DNA of 64,000 nt from Nematocida ausubeli (taxonomy: Eukaryota), in contig NW_026515637.1 of the NCBI RefSeq assembly GCF_000738915.1, forward strand, positions 62,001-126,000, given 5' to 3'. The notes below the pieces were generated by a model, which was not told the origin of the DNA, ran no database searches, and saw only the letters and a program-made list of their open reading frames with translations. A program made the position numbers and the translations under genes. This document shows positions 21,198 to 32,508 of this stretch, piece after piece; within the stretch, counting starts at the first letter, position 1, and each line of letters opens with the position of its first letter.

Positions 21198-21236
21198 TCT
21201 AATTTAAAATATTTTATGGAGTGCAGAGTTTATTAA

Positions 21237-22337
21237 ATGCTTTTTCAGCCTGCAGCCCATGAAAAAGACAAGTGCACCACGTACAAAGAAATAATCAGCA
21301 ACAGCAAAAGCAATTCCCCTGAGAATTATATATTTGAAGGGACTAAGCTGGATATATCAAAATCCCTTCTGAACAGATCTGTCATTACAGTCTCAAACAC
21401 AGACAAAGGACTAAGCATGAACTACACCATGAAGAATATCTCAAAGCTCTTCTCAGCCTCTCTTTTTGGAGATGGCTCTGTCTTAGGAAAGATTCTTCCG
21501 TCAGATGGAACAGGTCTTTCTCTCACGTATATGCATGGGACTAGCAACAGGTACTTTGACATTGGATATACTAAGACATTTAAGAACTACTCTTTTGCCT
21601 TGTCTGCAGTAAATCCTGACTTGGAAATTCCAGCAGTTAATTTCTCTGCAAAGGAAATGCACCCTCGTGCTGTACTCGGCAGAATAAAAGAATTATTCAC
21701 TGCTGAAAATATCTCGGGCCTTATGAAAGAGGGTCTGCAGGATACTAAAATTGCAGAGAAATTGAAGAGAAAAGTATCTGAGGTGCATAAAATAGTGAAT
21801 GGTGGAATATTCTCAATAGCCTCTGTGGCCAGGATATACCCTACTATGCACATTGGACACGAGACTATTATCTCCTTTGCCAAAGACAGCAAGATCCCAG
21901 GAGGTGAGACCAAGACGGTTTCATCAATATTTGGTCAGTACTCTGCAGAGATTGCATCTACATGTATAATTAGTAAGGCATTTAATACCTGGAGAGTATT
22001 AGGATTATACCACACAATAGGCCCGGCTGGTGCTCTGATTGAAAAGTCGCTTGATGAGTCTGTCTCTCTGCATGGTGAAGTATCCTTTGACTGGAGAAAT
22101 ATTCTGAAGAGAAAAGAGAAGGAGTCAAAGATGGAAAATATCCTGCAGTCACTAGGAGCATCTATTGGAACCACAATATACGGGGATGGAAATACCACCC
22201 GAGTGTCTGCTGGGAGTAACGGAACTGTCTCTGTTTCCTCAGATATTTCTGTTGGAGATGGAGCAGCCTTGAATTTAAGTGGGCAGATTTCTTCAAATGG
22301 GCCTGTCCTAGGGATTGGATTTACTTTCACCAGCTAA
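21237..22337 (+). CDS. TOM40: Mitosomal outer membrane translocase Tom40
   Basis: N-terminal YKEI...YIFEGTKLDISKSL, alternating beta strands, NP...GIFS...PTMHIGHE and a C-terminal beta-signal VLGIGFTF. Confidence 0.7.
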   Translation: MLFQPAAHEKDKCTTYKEIISNSKSNSPENYIFEGTKLDISKSLLNRSVITVSNTDKGLSMNYTMKNISKLFSASLFGDGSVLGKILPSDGTGLSLTYMHGTSNRYFDIGYTKTFKNYSFALSAVNPDLEIPAVNFSAKEMHPRAVLGRIKELFTAENISGLMKEGLQDTKIAEKLKRKVSEVHKIVNGGIFSIASVARIYPTMHIGHETIISFAKDSKIPGGETKTVSSIFGQYSAEIASTCIISKAFNTWRVLGLYHTIGPAGALIEKSLDESVSLHGEVSFDWRNILKRKEKESKMENILQSLGASIGTTIYGDGNTTRVSAGSNGTVSVSSDISVGDGAALNLSGQISSNGPVLGIGFTFTS

Positions 22338-22963
22338 TCCCAAAGGAAATTGTCTTTTTGCACATGAAATATGCATATATTTTGCACTTGAGAATATCTT
22401 TATCCAGGCAGCACTGTTTGCCTGTATTCTGGCATATGCTTGGTTGATAGTAAATCAGTACGGCTGTTCAGTAAAGTCACATTATTCATCTATTTATTGT
22501 TCTGATTTTGGCATTTTTATGTTCGCATGGTTATATTTATGCCATGACAACAGCATAGTCTAATATAATCTGAGACTGAATAAGATCATGCACTAATTTA
22601 TGCTGTGCAGTCTGTCTAGTCATTCGTAAGACGAGATGCATACATGATAAATTCTTTCTCTATTTAAGCTTGCACTGAAATTACTGCCTTGTTCTTTCTC
22701 TGAGTGCATAGTCAACTATTTCTTTCTTCTGCAATTTATATGCGAAATTTCATTATATCCAGATATTCTGGTTGTATTACGTTATAACTCACTCTAACTG
22801 TCTTACTGCGCCTGAATGGCTATATATTTAATTCACTTGATCTATGGTGCTTACTAAAATACGTTCAGAAATGTACTTTTATAGAATGATTTCGTAATTA
22901 ACTGTAGAGTATAAACAAAACTATTTATTAATTAGTAATTACATGTGCTCTAATTTAAACAGA

Positions 22964-23344
22964 CTAAAAATTAACACCAGATGACTTCTTTACTGGTCTA
23001 TCCCCCATGGGGTTAGATTCATTTTGATCACCCTCCTCGCTATCTCCAGTGTTATTTCCATCTTCTTCGGTTTTATTCTCACCATCAGCACCCTTGTCGT
23101 CAGAACCCTTGTTGTCATCTTCATTTTTATTCTCACCATCAGTTCCCTTCTTATCATCAGTGCCCTTGTCATTGGTGCCCTTCTCGCTGTCATCACCATT
23201 TTCATTAGTAATGTCTTTCTCGTCTGTCTTTGGTCCCTTTCCCTTTTTTTTAGAGGATACTAGTGCAAAGTTCAAAGCCAGAATTACCAGCATAAGTAGT
23301 GCCCAGATTGCTTTTGTTTTCTTAATCATTGTTGTGTTCTTCAT
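22964..23344 (-). CDS. Small secreted D/E/K/G-rich low-complexity protein
   Basis: Signal peptide (IWALLMLVILALNFALVSS); internal duplication DDKKGTDGENK / DDKGADGENK. Confidence 0.75.
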   Translation of the reverse strand: MKNTTMIKKTKAIWALLMLVILALNFALVSSKKKGKGPKTDEKDITNENGDDSEKGTNDKGTDDKKGTDGENKNEDDNKGSDDKGADGENKTEEDGNNTGDSEEGDQNESNPMGDRPVKKSSGVNF

Positions 23345-23983
23345 GTTTTTCCAGGTTTCTTCTTTCTATATAGATAGATTAACTGATAAGCTAATAGATA
23401 TAGCCCTGAATACCCAATGCTTCATAACAATTTCTTGCCAATAGAAAAATCAGCGAATTATGAGATGCAGTCAGCCAACCGCATAAATAGACATCTGCAA
23501 GCACTAATTAGACCGACCCAATAGCCTACATTGTAAACACGTTTTATAAAAAGAAGCTGAAATCTTCTGTAGAACAAAAGTACGCTTAAAGTACGCATCT
23601 AGATTGGTAATAAGAAGTCTTATAAGAGCAATATATAGATTCTTTATCAATCTGCAATTTATAGATCTTTTTCTGCCTAAAGAATACGGTCCATGCATAC
23701 TTGTCTTTCTATTCTGTTTTGTAAACCGTCTTACTAGGCATCCACTAAGAGACCAAACTATTTTGCACAAAATGTATTTTTATATTTTCTTTTGTCTTCT
23801 AGTAAGAAAGCCTGCAGTTTTTGTTCGAAAAATAAAAAAGAAGAGAGATTTTCTTTATTTAAATGTGCAGCTTCTTAATGAAAATATATTTTGCAGCATA
23901 AAACAATTGAGAAGTAGTATATTCAGGTTAATTATATTGAATATCTTTTGTAGAAATTCAAGTGCACTCCCTTACTGCAAGAA

Positions 23984-24502
23984 CTACACGTTTAGACCAA
24001 TCTTTCTAGTGTACATGTTAAAATATGTGTGTGTCATGGAGTGCTTAAGAGGCAAAATACTTTCAAATGGCCATACTCCTGTGGTATCAAAGATATTCTG
24101 TGATTTCCCAGGACCAGTATATACGGTCTCCACTGAGAATGATATTCTTTCCATTGGCTTCACTGAATACCTAAACCCAAGCAGAAACAGACCATTCCTA
24201 ATGACTCGCTTATGAATACTCCCAAGTTCATCATAGTATGAAAGATGACTAAATTTCTCACTAGGAATATATATTCCTTTTATTACGCCGTCTCCTGCAT
24301 TCCTAACACAAAAAGTGTCTATGCACCTGCGCAGAATAAAATAGTCATCAACTACCCGGGTGTGCTTCTCTATTACTACATCATTTCTCACAGAAGGATC
24401 ATCAACAATCACACCCCCACCCAGCACATGCATCTGGAAAAAGGTCATCAGGCACAGAAGGCAGATCAACAATGATCTAGACATAAAAATAAAATATGTC
24501 AT
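23984..24502 (-). CDS. Hypothetical secreted protein
   Basis: Signal-like LLICLLCLMTFFQMHVLG followed by a globular, beta-rich sequence. Confidence 0.6.
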   Translation of the reverse strand: MTYFIFMSRSLLICLLCLMTFFQMHVLGGGVIVDDPSVRNDVVIEKHTRVVDDYFILRRCIDTFCVRNAGDGVIKGIYIPSEKFSHLSYYDELGSIHKRVIRNGLFLLGFRYSVKPMERISFSVETVYTGPGKSQNIFDTTGVWPFESILPLKHSMTHTYFNMYTRKIGLNV

Positions 24503-24713
24503 GCAATAAATGTAGTTAATTCAGGTTAACTCGGGTTATATCGGGGTATATAGGGGTATATATGCAGTACTGAAGAACAAAAAAGAACAAAAACTCATGA
24601 GAAATCTGCTAGTATAGTGAAATAAGTGTAAACTGTGGGTGTATGTTACTCAACTTAGTACAATATTTATAAGATGTAAAAGGCTTTTAATTAACTAGAG
24701 TTTATTAAAAAAT

Positions 24714-24792
24714 CTGAATATTTATACCATAACAAAACTGAATATTTATACCTTAACAAACCTGAATATTTATATCTTAACAAACCTGAATA
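24714..24792. repeat. 24-bp tandem repeat x3.3 (CTGAATATTTATACCTTAACAAAC)
   Basis: Units at 24714, 24738 and 24762, partial at 24786. Confidence 0.9.
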
Positions 24793-25004
24793 GAATGAAT
24801 ATAAAATATGAAATGAACATTGCCTCTAATAACTTCTAAATGCCCTTTATAGTGAGACATTGCCTTTAAACTTCTAAATTAAATATTTAGATGGATGCAT
24901 GGTCTGAGTACTCTAAGAGGCAGTGACTCTTGAACAACAGATGCACTTTAAGGTAATATACGGTTGTTTACCAATGTTTATTTAAATATAGCCTAAATAC
25001 GTGG

Positions 25005-27824
25005 TTATCTTTGCCCGCTTCCTACAATTGCTTTGATTCTCTCCTTATCCTCTAGCTGCTTTGCCATAAGAATAATAGAAGTTCCTCGTTCCATGGCCTG
25101 CTGCAACTCGCACGAGTATATTATCAAGGTGTGACACTCTTTATGGCAGACCATCTTGCACCCCTTGCACAGAAGGCCTTGCTTGGTCTCTCCATACAGA
25201 AGCCTATTGCATATGTGGCACCATGTCTGGATTCCTTGCTTGAAGGTGGTGACTTTGAAGGTATGGTTGTTGTACCGGATGGTTGCAGGCTCTGAGGAAT
25301 GTCCTTGTGCTAGGGCCTGTCTTAGCTCGTGTATTTTCTTTTCAGTTCCTTCCTTCTGCTTGAGTGCCATGGGAATGATCATCTTGCACGAAGCAGATGT
25401 GCTTTTTATCATTCTATCAATTCCTTCAAGTATTTTCATCTCTTTCTCCAGCTCATGAAGTAGCTCCTTGTCCTCTCCCGGGGTAGGGACTTGATCAGAC
25501 GAAGACTCAGTCTGCTCTGTGTATACATCATCTTCAGACGGGAGAAGAAGCTTGAAGGAAAGTAGCTCTGCCTTGGAGTTTATTCTAAGAAGTTCATTTT
25601 TCTTTATATCCTGGAAGTATATCTTGTTAAGCGGAAGACAAATGTCCTTTATCTGCAGGTAGTCTTCTTCAAGGTGCAGGGTTGAAGATTCCCATTTCTT
25701 GTCAACGTATATTTTGATCGGAAAGTTGTATACATTTGAGGCAAGTTTAAGTCTTCTTATGTGCTCGCGCAGTTCTTTGTTCTCTAACTTTGCCTCTTCC
25801 ACTTGCTCAGAGAGTTTTGCTCGTGTTTCAACCTCTCTCTGGATCCTGCTCTGTGTGTCTCGCAGTTCTGTCTGAAGTTTCCTTATCACCCACCTGGCTT
25901 GGAAGGATACTTCACTCTCTCTCTTCAGGGACTCCTTCACTGTGTGGACATACGTCTTTATCTCTTCCTCTACTAGTCCTATATTTCTTATAAGAGGCTC
26001 AAGATCTATTCTTAAGAGATGCTCATACTCTGCCTTAAAAGACAGTTCTAGTCCATCTATTGCCTTAGCCAGATCAGCTCGTTCTTTTTTTATTGTCTGC
26101 ATCTCCAAGTCCTTCTCCAAAGAGACAGAAAATATTCCATCCTTCTTTTGCATTAAACTGTGGACAGGAGATATTTCCTGTTCCTTAGAGGTTCTTTCTA
26201 AATCTCCTTCAAACTTAGTGTCTATACATACAGGAGAAGCATCTGCATCCACAGAAACCTGCTCTTTCTCAGAGGATTCTTTCTTTGATGTCTCAATGCA
26301 TGTTATAATTGGCTCTTCAATCTGTGCAGTTTCATTATGTTGTTCATTATGTTGTTCATTAGTGCTTTTATTTGGCAGAATATCATTTACAGCTTTCTCT
26401 GCCTGCGCCTCGCTTTGCACATGAGCTGCATCTTCATTCAGATCCTCTGTTTGTTCATCTGTCTCGTCCTCAGAAGGTTTCTTCACTTTTTTACATACGC
26501 TGCACATATTCTCAACGGGTGCAGATTCTTCAGTTACAGACTCTTCAGGTGCACTTAAAGATACACTGGGTATATTGGATACATTGGAAGTATTGGATGT
26601 ACTTGATACACTGGAAATATTGGAAGGCGTGTACTCTGCAGTGCAGTCTTCACTTACCTCGATGGAATTCTCTTTTGCGTCTTTGGGGGATATGGGGGAT
26701 ATTGGGGATATGGGGGATATCTCTTCCTTCTTTCTTTCCCTTCTGATTTCCACCTGGATATCTGGGTCGTATCCGAATCCAATGAATTTTCGAATGTTTT
26801 CTGCAGTGTTCAGGAGTGTGCTTTGTGCAGGCATGAAGTCATCGACCTCAAAATTCTCAACAGACTCTTTTGACAGAATAGTTGGAATGTACGTCGCCGT
26901 ATTCGCATGCTTCCCAGAGAAGTCAAATCCTTTAAAGAATCCATGCGCCATTATCTCACCTAAAGAAAGTCTTTTTTCCTTCTCGCACAGTAGCTTACTG
27001 ATTAGATCACGGAGTTCATCTGAGCCTGTCTTCTCTAGGGAGTATTTTATGTTCATTATATTATCGTATGTACCACGGATTGTGTCATCATAGAAAGGAG
27101 TTATCCCGTGTGCCAGCTCGTATATGACAACACCAACTGACCACAAGTCTGTTTTTTCACTGAGTCCACCGCACATATTCAGTAACTCTGGTGCTACATA
27201 GTCAGGCGTACCGACAACTATATGATGGTCATCAGCGCACAGTGTTGTTGCACTCCCAAAGTCAGCAAGCCTTATGTGCCCATCAGAGTCAATCAAAACA
27301 TTCTCTGGCTTAATGTCTCTGTGGACAAATCCAAGGCCATGCAGTTCACCCAGGGCCATTAACAGCTCACCAATGAAAAATCTGATCATTTCCTCGGAAA
27401 GCACTCCCTCTCGGCAGGCCAGACTTCCTAAGTCTCCGCCTGAGATAAAGTCAGTTAGAAAGTACAGGGCATTTCTGTCTTGAAATGACTTGTGAAGGCC
27501 CAGAAGCCATGCAGAGTCTCTTCCGCATATCATGGAATCTCGTTCTTTCATTATTGGGTTTACAAGAGGGTCATTGATAATATCTTGTTTGAAGACCTTC
27601 TTCAGTGCATATACCTTCCCGTCTATTTTGCTTCTGACAACAAACACTTCACTGTGCCCACCCTTAGCTAGGGCATGTATGGTTTCATAGTCGTCTGGTG
27701 TGCTGACTACTTCTACTATTTTATCTATCGCAGGGATACTTTCCCCTGATAAATTGATGGCTTGTGCGCAGTCAATTAACAAATCCAGCTCTTTATTGCC
27801 TAAAAGCAATTCCTTGTGCTTCAT
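25005..27824 (-). CDS. ROCK/DMPK-family AGC kinase with coiled coil, split PH, HR1-like and C1 domains
   Basis: [24 protein letters not shown] and hydrophobic motif FIGFGY; C1 HTF...[10 protein letters not shown]...[12 protein letters not shown]...C; PH halves flank the C1. Confidence 0.85.
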   Translation of the reverse strand: MKHKELLLGNKELDLLIDCAQAINLSGESIPAIDKIVEVVSTPDDYETIHALAKGGHSEVFVVRSKIDGKVYALKKVFKQDIINDPLVNPIMKERDSMICGRDSAWLLGLHKSFQDRNALYFLTDFISGGDLGSLACREGVLSEEMIRFFIGELLMALGELHGLGFVHRDIKPENVLIDSDGHIRLADFGSATTLCADDHHIVVGTPDYVAPELLNMCGGLSEKTDLWSVGVVIYELAHGITPFYDDTIRGTYDNIMNIKYSLEKTGSDELRDLISKLLCEKEKRLSLGEIMAHGFFKGFDFSGKHANTATYIPTILSKESVENFEVDDFMPAQSTLLNTAENIRKFIGFGYDPDIQVEIRRERKKEEISPISPISPISPKDAKENSIEVSEDCTAEYTPSNISSVSSTSNTSNVSNIPSVSLSAPEESVTEESAPVENMCSVCKKVKKPSEDETDEQTEDLNEDAAHVQSEAQAEKAVNDILPNKSTNEQHNEQHNETAQIEEPIITCIETSKKESSEKEQVSVDADASPVCIDTKFEGDLERTSKEQEISPVHSLMQKKDGIFSVSLEKDLEMQTIKKERADLAKAIDGLELSFKAEYEHLLRIDLEPLIRNIGLVEEEIKTYVHTVKESLKRESEVSFQARWVIRKLQTELRDTQSRIQREVETRAKLSEQVEEAKLENKELREHIRRLKLASNVYNFPIKIYVDKKWESSTLHLEEDYLQIKDICLPLNKIYFQDIKKNELLRINSKAELLSFKLLLPSEDDVYTEQTESSSDQVPTPGEDKELLHELEKEMKILEGIDRMIKSTSASCKMIIPMALKQKEGTEKKIHELRQALAQGHSSEPATIRYNNHTFKVTTFKQGIQTWCHICNRLLYGETKQGLLCKGCKMVCHKECHTLIIYSCELQQAMERGTSIILMAKQLEDKERIKAIVGSGQR

Positions 27825-27852
27825 AACAAAAACAAAGAATTTTAGTTACTTA

Positions 27853-28926
27853 ATGGATTCAAATAAGTTTCGATGGGAAGAAGCCTTCCAGAACACATGG
27901 GAGAAACATGGCAAAGGAGATGCTATTTTTGCACTAAATGTAACCAGAAGGACAGAAAACATGCAAAGAGGGATTGTTAGGCGGGTTCTTCTGGTTCTTG
28001 ACATGTCATCATCAATTGAAGAAAGAGACTTTCTTCCGTCAAGAAAATACTACGTCAAAAAGGGCGTCATAAAATTCTTCCGGGAATTCACTGAGAGCAA
28101 TCCACTCTCTACAGTTGGATTGGCTGTTGTATGCGGGGGAATGTCGTATTTGGTGAGTTCGATTCTCTGTGAGGAAGATGAGATAGAAATGTGTTTTGCA
28201 CAGAATGAAGGACAGGGTGGGTTTTCTTTGGGATCTGCCTTTGAGACAGTTAAGGAATTCTTTCAGGGTTGTTCATTTCTGAAAGAAGTTATTTTCATTG
28301 TATCTGGGTTTACTTTTGTTGGAAGAAGTCCGTTTATTTTAAAGAACAGTTTAATTAACAAAGGGATTATCATGCATACAATCCACATGGCAGGAGAGAT
28401 GGAAATACTTAGAAAAATAAGTGAAGAGAGTGGGGGAATATTTGGGATTGTCAATTGCCCAGAAGACTTATCTACTTTACTAGGTCTGATATGCATACCA
28501 CCACCGCACTCAGCCTCTGCACGGCTGTCCATGTTGAAAATTGGATTTCCATCATCGATCCAAGAAAATACAATTTGTGCCTGCCACTTAGAGTTGAAGG
28601 AGTGGGGATATGAGTGTCCCTTCTGCACGACAAAAGTGTGCAAAGTGCCTGGAGTATGCCCTATCTGTGAGAACATCCTGAGTGCACCAGTTCATTTACT
28701 TAAGGCTCTTCACTGGAGTGACTCAGCCCCAATATACGCACCAGAAGGCAAAGGAAGGTGCAGAGGATGCTCAGAGGAAAATATTCAGCTGCATGGGTGC
28801 CCCGGGTGCAAGAGCCGGCTCTGCATGGACTGCACGGGTTTTATTCGGCAGGAGCTAAATTTCTGCATATTTTGCACAGAAGCAGCAGGCGCACAGGAAG
28901 GCGCCGTAGTGAAAATAGAGAGCTGA
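27853..28926 (+). CDS. SSL1: TFIIH subunit Ssl1/p44
   Basis: FRWEEAFQNTWE, vWA VLDMSSSIEERDFLPSR, NPLS, C4 finger GYECPFC..VC...C and C-terminal Cys-rich domain; ATG at 27853. Confidence 0.92.
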   Translation: MDSNKFRWEEAFQNTWEKHGKGDAIFALNVTRRTENMQRGIVRRVLLVLDMSSSIEERDFLPSRKYYVKKGVIKFFREFTESNPLSTVGLAVVCGGMSYLVSSILCEEDEIEMCFAQNEGQGGFSLGSAFETVKEFFQGCSFLKEVIFIVSGFTFVGRSPFILKNSLINKGIIMHTIHMAGEMEILRKISEESGGIFGIVNCPEDLSTLLGLICIPPPHSASARLSMLKIGFPSSIQENTICACHLELKEWGYECPFCTTKVCKVPGVCPICENILSAPVHLLKALHWSDSAPIYAPEGKGRCRGCSEENIQLHGCPGCKSRLCMDCTGFIRQELNFCIFCTEAAGAQEGAVVKIES

Positions 28927-29331
28927 AATGAGCTAAAAACATAAATAATAGACAGAGTTTATAGAATTGGTACAGATTTATCACAGGATGCAGCTGCATC
29001 ATAGTAATTAAAAGTTATAAGACACTTAATATTCTGGTTATTTCGCATGGATTTCATCGTACAGTATAGTCTGGTCTCCTGTGCTCTATATTGCACTCTG
29101 CCAGAATATATCGAGTGTGAGTGTAGGGTAATTTGGCATATTTTGCTTGGATATATGTCTTGCTGGATAAGGATGACTGTTAGATAGTCTAGTTAGTCAT
29201 AGACATACTGATAAAACTGTTGATTGCACAGGGAAAGTTCATGGTGGGCGTAGTTATAGAATATTTATTAAAACAGGTTCAGTGCCTTTGCTAAATACAG
29301 ATGTAGTATGGGAAGATTTGCAGGTTCATGG

Positions 29332-32300
29332 CTACTTCTTTGGTAATTTGAATGTGTGTACGTTAATAATGTACTTTGAGAGAATCTGCAGACTAGCACC
29401 AGTGAACTCCTTCTCGCCCATGAACAGCCTAAGTTCTTCCATGGAAGACCTCCACTTAAGGTATGCTTCCTGCAAGTTGTTTAGCTCTTTTAATAGAGAG
29501 CTTATTGACTTCTTATGCTCCTTTGCAATATCAATTGTTTCAATAAGCTCCTTCTTGCTATAGTACTCCTGGCAGTCTGTCTCTATGATATCTGTTGATA
29601 TTTTTACTACATCTGATAGCACAGTCACGCATGCCTGAATTTTCAAACTGTCTTTTTTCATCTTCTCTTGTATAAGGAGAACAAGACTTGAATTCTCAAG
29701 TATCCTGGGAAGTGTCTCAAGCTTAATACCCCAGGCACCTTGGTTTCTTCCATTGGAGTTAAGAATATTTATAATCCCCAGGGTTGTCCTCATTATTTTG
29801 TGGATGCTCTTTTCCTGCAGGAGAAGCTGGCAGCCTTCTGTCAGTTTATGTACATTTGGCAGAAGGACATTCTGGATATTCGGCAGAGTTATTTTTAGAT
29901 GGAGGATCATTAGCTTATCTTTAAACCAAGGCACTGCAATTGCCTTTTTAAAGAAAACTTCAGGTGCTAGTTGCACAGGATGCTTTCGTATGAGCTCGAC
30001 TTCTTCATCAGTAGGGTAGCTTTTAAGAAGACCTGAAATAAGGGTTTCATTAAATGGCTCTGGATTGATATTTGCCACTGCCTCAATTAGCTTTTCATAA
30101 GGGATCTTAACTCTTGCAAGCGCAATATCAATGGACTTGCATCTTTTTTTATCAATTACCCCATCCACTATGGCCTTTTCTTCTTCAACGGTTTTATCAA
30201 CTTTTTTTCTTTCAAAAGCAGAAAAGTCTTCTTTCTTAAATATCGTTAATTCGCTTTTGTCGAGTACACTCCACAGGCCAGTTGTACCTGGCTTTCGTAT
30301 ATGGACTTCGTAAGGTATCTGCTGCGGATTAGATGGCTGCAACAGTGCAGCTTGCTCTATATATAAAGCTCTTGGTCCAGGCTTAGATACCTCTGCACTA
30401 TTGATAGTAGTTTCATCTGTACTTGTCTCTTTTGACGGGACAGATTCACTTTTCTTTGCAAAATCATTCTTGGGAATGCCCATAGGAGGGCATACGCCTA
30501 TTTTTGGCTGTGTAGGAATGGGCACAGTACTACCAGGGTCTAAATCTCCACTCAAAGGCTTTTTCATAATTGGCGGTGCAGGCATTTTTGAAACACTTGG
30601 CATAGATCCTCCGATGGGTGGTTTGTTGAGTGGTGCAGTTGGTGGTTTACCCAGAGGCATAGTTGGTGGTTTACTAAGTGGTGCAACTGGTGGTTTACCT
30701 AGAGGCATGGTAGGCGGTTTACTAATCGGTGCAGTTGGTGGTTTGTTGAGTGGTGCAACTGGCGGTCTGTTAATCGGTGCAGTTGGTGGTCTACCCAGAG
30801 GCATAGTTGGTGGTTTAATAATTGGTGCAACTGGCGGTCTGTTAAGTGGTGCACCTGGTGGCCTGCAGGGTGGCCCATTCGATGGACTAGTTGAGATAGG
30901 TACTTTGCTCGTGTCTTCTGGGAGGTTTTTCTCTGTGACTAGTGCATCTCGGCCATCAATGGCTTTCTTTAAGGATATGCACTGGTCTTTAGTTAAGGAT
31001 ATTCGGGTTATATTCTTAATGATTTTGCTAACAAGAGAGTCTGTCTCTATCTTGGTTAGTATTCCATCTGGGATATTGAATCCTTCATTCTCTACCATTG
31101 TCCTTTGGCTAGTGGTTTTTTCTGTTGGTGTTGGTGTTTTCATCTCTTTTGTTCTAGCAAGGGCAGAAGGTGCTTTTGACTCGGATAGACTTACGCTTAC
31201 TGCCTCAGGATCTTTCTGTTTGGTGCCTTCTTCTGTCTTTCCATCTTTTTGCGTTGAGTTTACGGATATTGCAGTGGGTGATGGGAAGATGGGTGCCTGC
31301 AATTCCTTCCCTCTTATAATATCCTTGCATATGCACGTGTACGTTTCTTTCTCTGCCTTTTTCTTTCGAATGGCTCTTTCTTGTTCTATTTTCGCAATGT
31401 CCTTATTTTTGTAGACAGATTCCTCCAGAACACATCCTCTGATGTACTGCACTACATCGTATATTCGGCTGCTGTTTATTCTGTTCAGAACACTCAAGAC
31501 ATTTACGATATATGTAAGATCTTTCTTTGTGTCTTCTGTGTCCATTTGAATTTGGCGCACATCAATCTCACCTGCCATGCTGCGCACCTTCTCCTGCATC
31601 TCAATTACTTCACCAATTAACTTTCTTGTCCCACAGAAGGTGCTTTCAATCTTACTGAGCACTCGTCCTATATCGCACATTCGCAGCAGACTATCCAGCA
31701 TAATACCAACCAAAGGTGGCTCAGAGTAGAAATCAACCAAAAGATGCAAAAATGCAATTGCGTACTCTTCATCAATCGTCCTAAATGTCAAGTTATAATG
31801 GATCTCATCAAGTATTCTTTTCATTCTAATGTCACAAGCAGGAATGCAGTAGGCATGTACTTCGTGCTTAGAGGACCTAAATAAATAGTCTAGAAATACA
31901 TCCATATAAATAGTAGAACACTTTGCAGCAATCTGCAGGATGATAGTAGATATTCCTGCATACTCAGAAGGGAAGTGCATGAATATCTCTGTAAACAGTT
32001 TTGTACTACTCTGAAGACTTCTTATTATAGCAGGAGACTTCAGCAGAGTTTTAAAAAAGTTCACAGTGGGCTCTAGTATCCTGTATATGGGCTTATTCTG
32101 CTTGGTATTTTCCAGCTGAAGATACATCCTAGAATCCTGCACCTCTGCCTTTGGTGCAAGAGCAGAAATAATTCCCCATACGTCCACAAGAAGGTTCTTT
32201 TCAATTGCCTTCTCTACCTCTCTCTCTGTTAGCTCCACAAACTTTAGCCGCAATATCCGTATCTCTTTAATGTATTCCTCAATGTCCGTTATATTATAAG

Positions 32301-32508
32301 AGATTGAAAACGGCTTTTTAATATTTTTAAATTGATTGGCTATCTCAATCCCTGATATTTGCATAGACTTATTCTGTGCATTTATCATACGGAGTTTCTG
32401 CTCTGTGGGCAGCGCAAGCAGCACCTTCCTATTTTCTCCTTCTATCCCCAGCTCCTCCAAAAGGGATTGAAATTCCTGTGCTAATGCTGTACTAGATGAA
32501 TCTCTCAT
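29332..32508 (-). CDS. Formin (GBD/FH3, FH1, FH2)
   Basis: GBD FQSLLEELGI...LPTEQKLRMI; Pro-rich repeats; FH2 GLWS, KRCKSIDIAL, YPTDEE and NILN...GAWGIKLETL. Confidence 0.85.
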   Translation of the reverse strand: MRDSSSTALAQEFQSLLEELGIEGENRKVLLALPTEQKLRMINAQNKSMQISGIEIANQFKNIKKPFSISYNITDIEEYIKEIRILRLKFVELTEREVEKAIEKNLLVDVWGIISALAPKAEVQDSRMYLQLENTKQNKPIYRILEPTVNFFKTLLKSPAIIRSLQSSTKLFTEIFMHFPSEYAGISTIILQIAAKCSTIYMDVFLDYLFRSSKHEVHAYCIPACDIRMKRILDEIHYNLTFRTIDEEYAIAFLHLLVDFYSEPPLVGIMLDSLLRMCDIGRVLSKIESTFCGTRKLIGEVIEMQEKVRSMAGEIDVRQIQMDTEDTKKDLTYIVNVLSVLNRINSSRIYDVVQYIRGCVLEESVYKNKDIAKIEQERAIRKKKAEKETYTCICKDIIRGKELQAPIFPSPTAISVNSTQKDGKTEEGTKQKDPEAVSVSLSESKAPSALARTKEMKTPTPTEKTTSQRTMVENEGFNIPDGILTKIETDSLVSKIIKNITRISLTKDQCISLKKAIDGRDALVTEKNLPEDTSKVPISTSPSNGPPCRPPGAPLNRPPVAPIIKPPTMPLGRPPTAPINRPPVAPLNKPPTAPISKPPTMPLGKPPVAPLSKPPTMPLGKPPTAPLNKPPIGGSMPSVSKMPAPPIMKKPLSGDLDPGSTVPIPTQPKIGVCPPMGIPKNDFAKKSESVPSKETSTDETTINSAEVSKPGPRALYIEQAALLQPSNPQQIPYEVHIRKPGTTGLWSVLDKSELTIFKKEDFSAFERKKVDKTVEEEKAIVDGVIDKKRCKSIDIALARVKIPYEKLIEAVANINPEPFNETLISGLLKSYPTDEEVELIRKHPVQLAPEVFFKKAIAVPWFKDKLMILHLKITLPNIQNVLLPNVHKLTEGCQLLLQEKSIHKIMRTTLGIINILNSNGRNQGAWGIKLETLPRILENSSLVLLIQEKMKKDSLKIQACVTVLSDVVKISTDIIETDCQEYYSKKELIETIDIAKEHKKSISSLLKELNNLQEAYLKWRSSMEELRLFMGEKEFTGASLQILSKYIINVHTFKLPKK
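30612..30870 (-). repeat. 24-bp coding tandem repeat (about 11 x [K/R]PPxxPxx) in formin FH1
   Basis: RPPGAPLN RPPVAPII KPPTMPLG RPPTAPIN RPPVAPLN KPPTAPIS and so on. Confidence 0.85.

Noticed and set aside
23604..24215. 203-aa plus-strand ORF
   Set aside because: Non-ATG start, low-complexity AT-derived residues, antisense to a better ORF.
30401..31414. 337-aa Gly-rich plus-strand ORF
   Set aside because: Antisense of the formin proline repeats.
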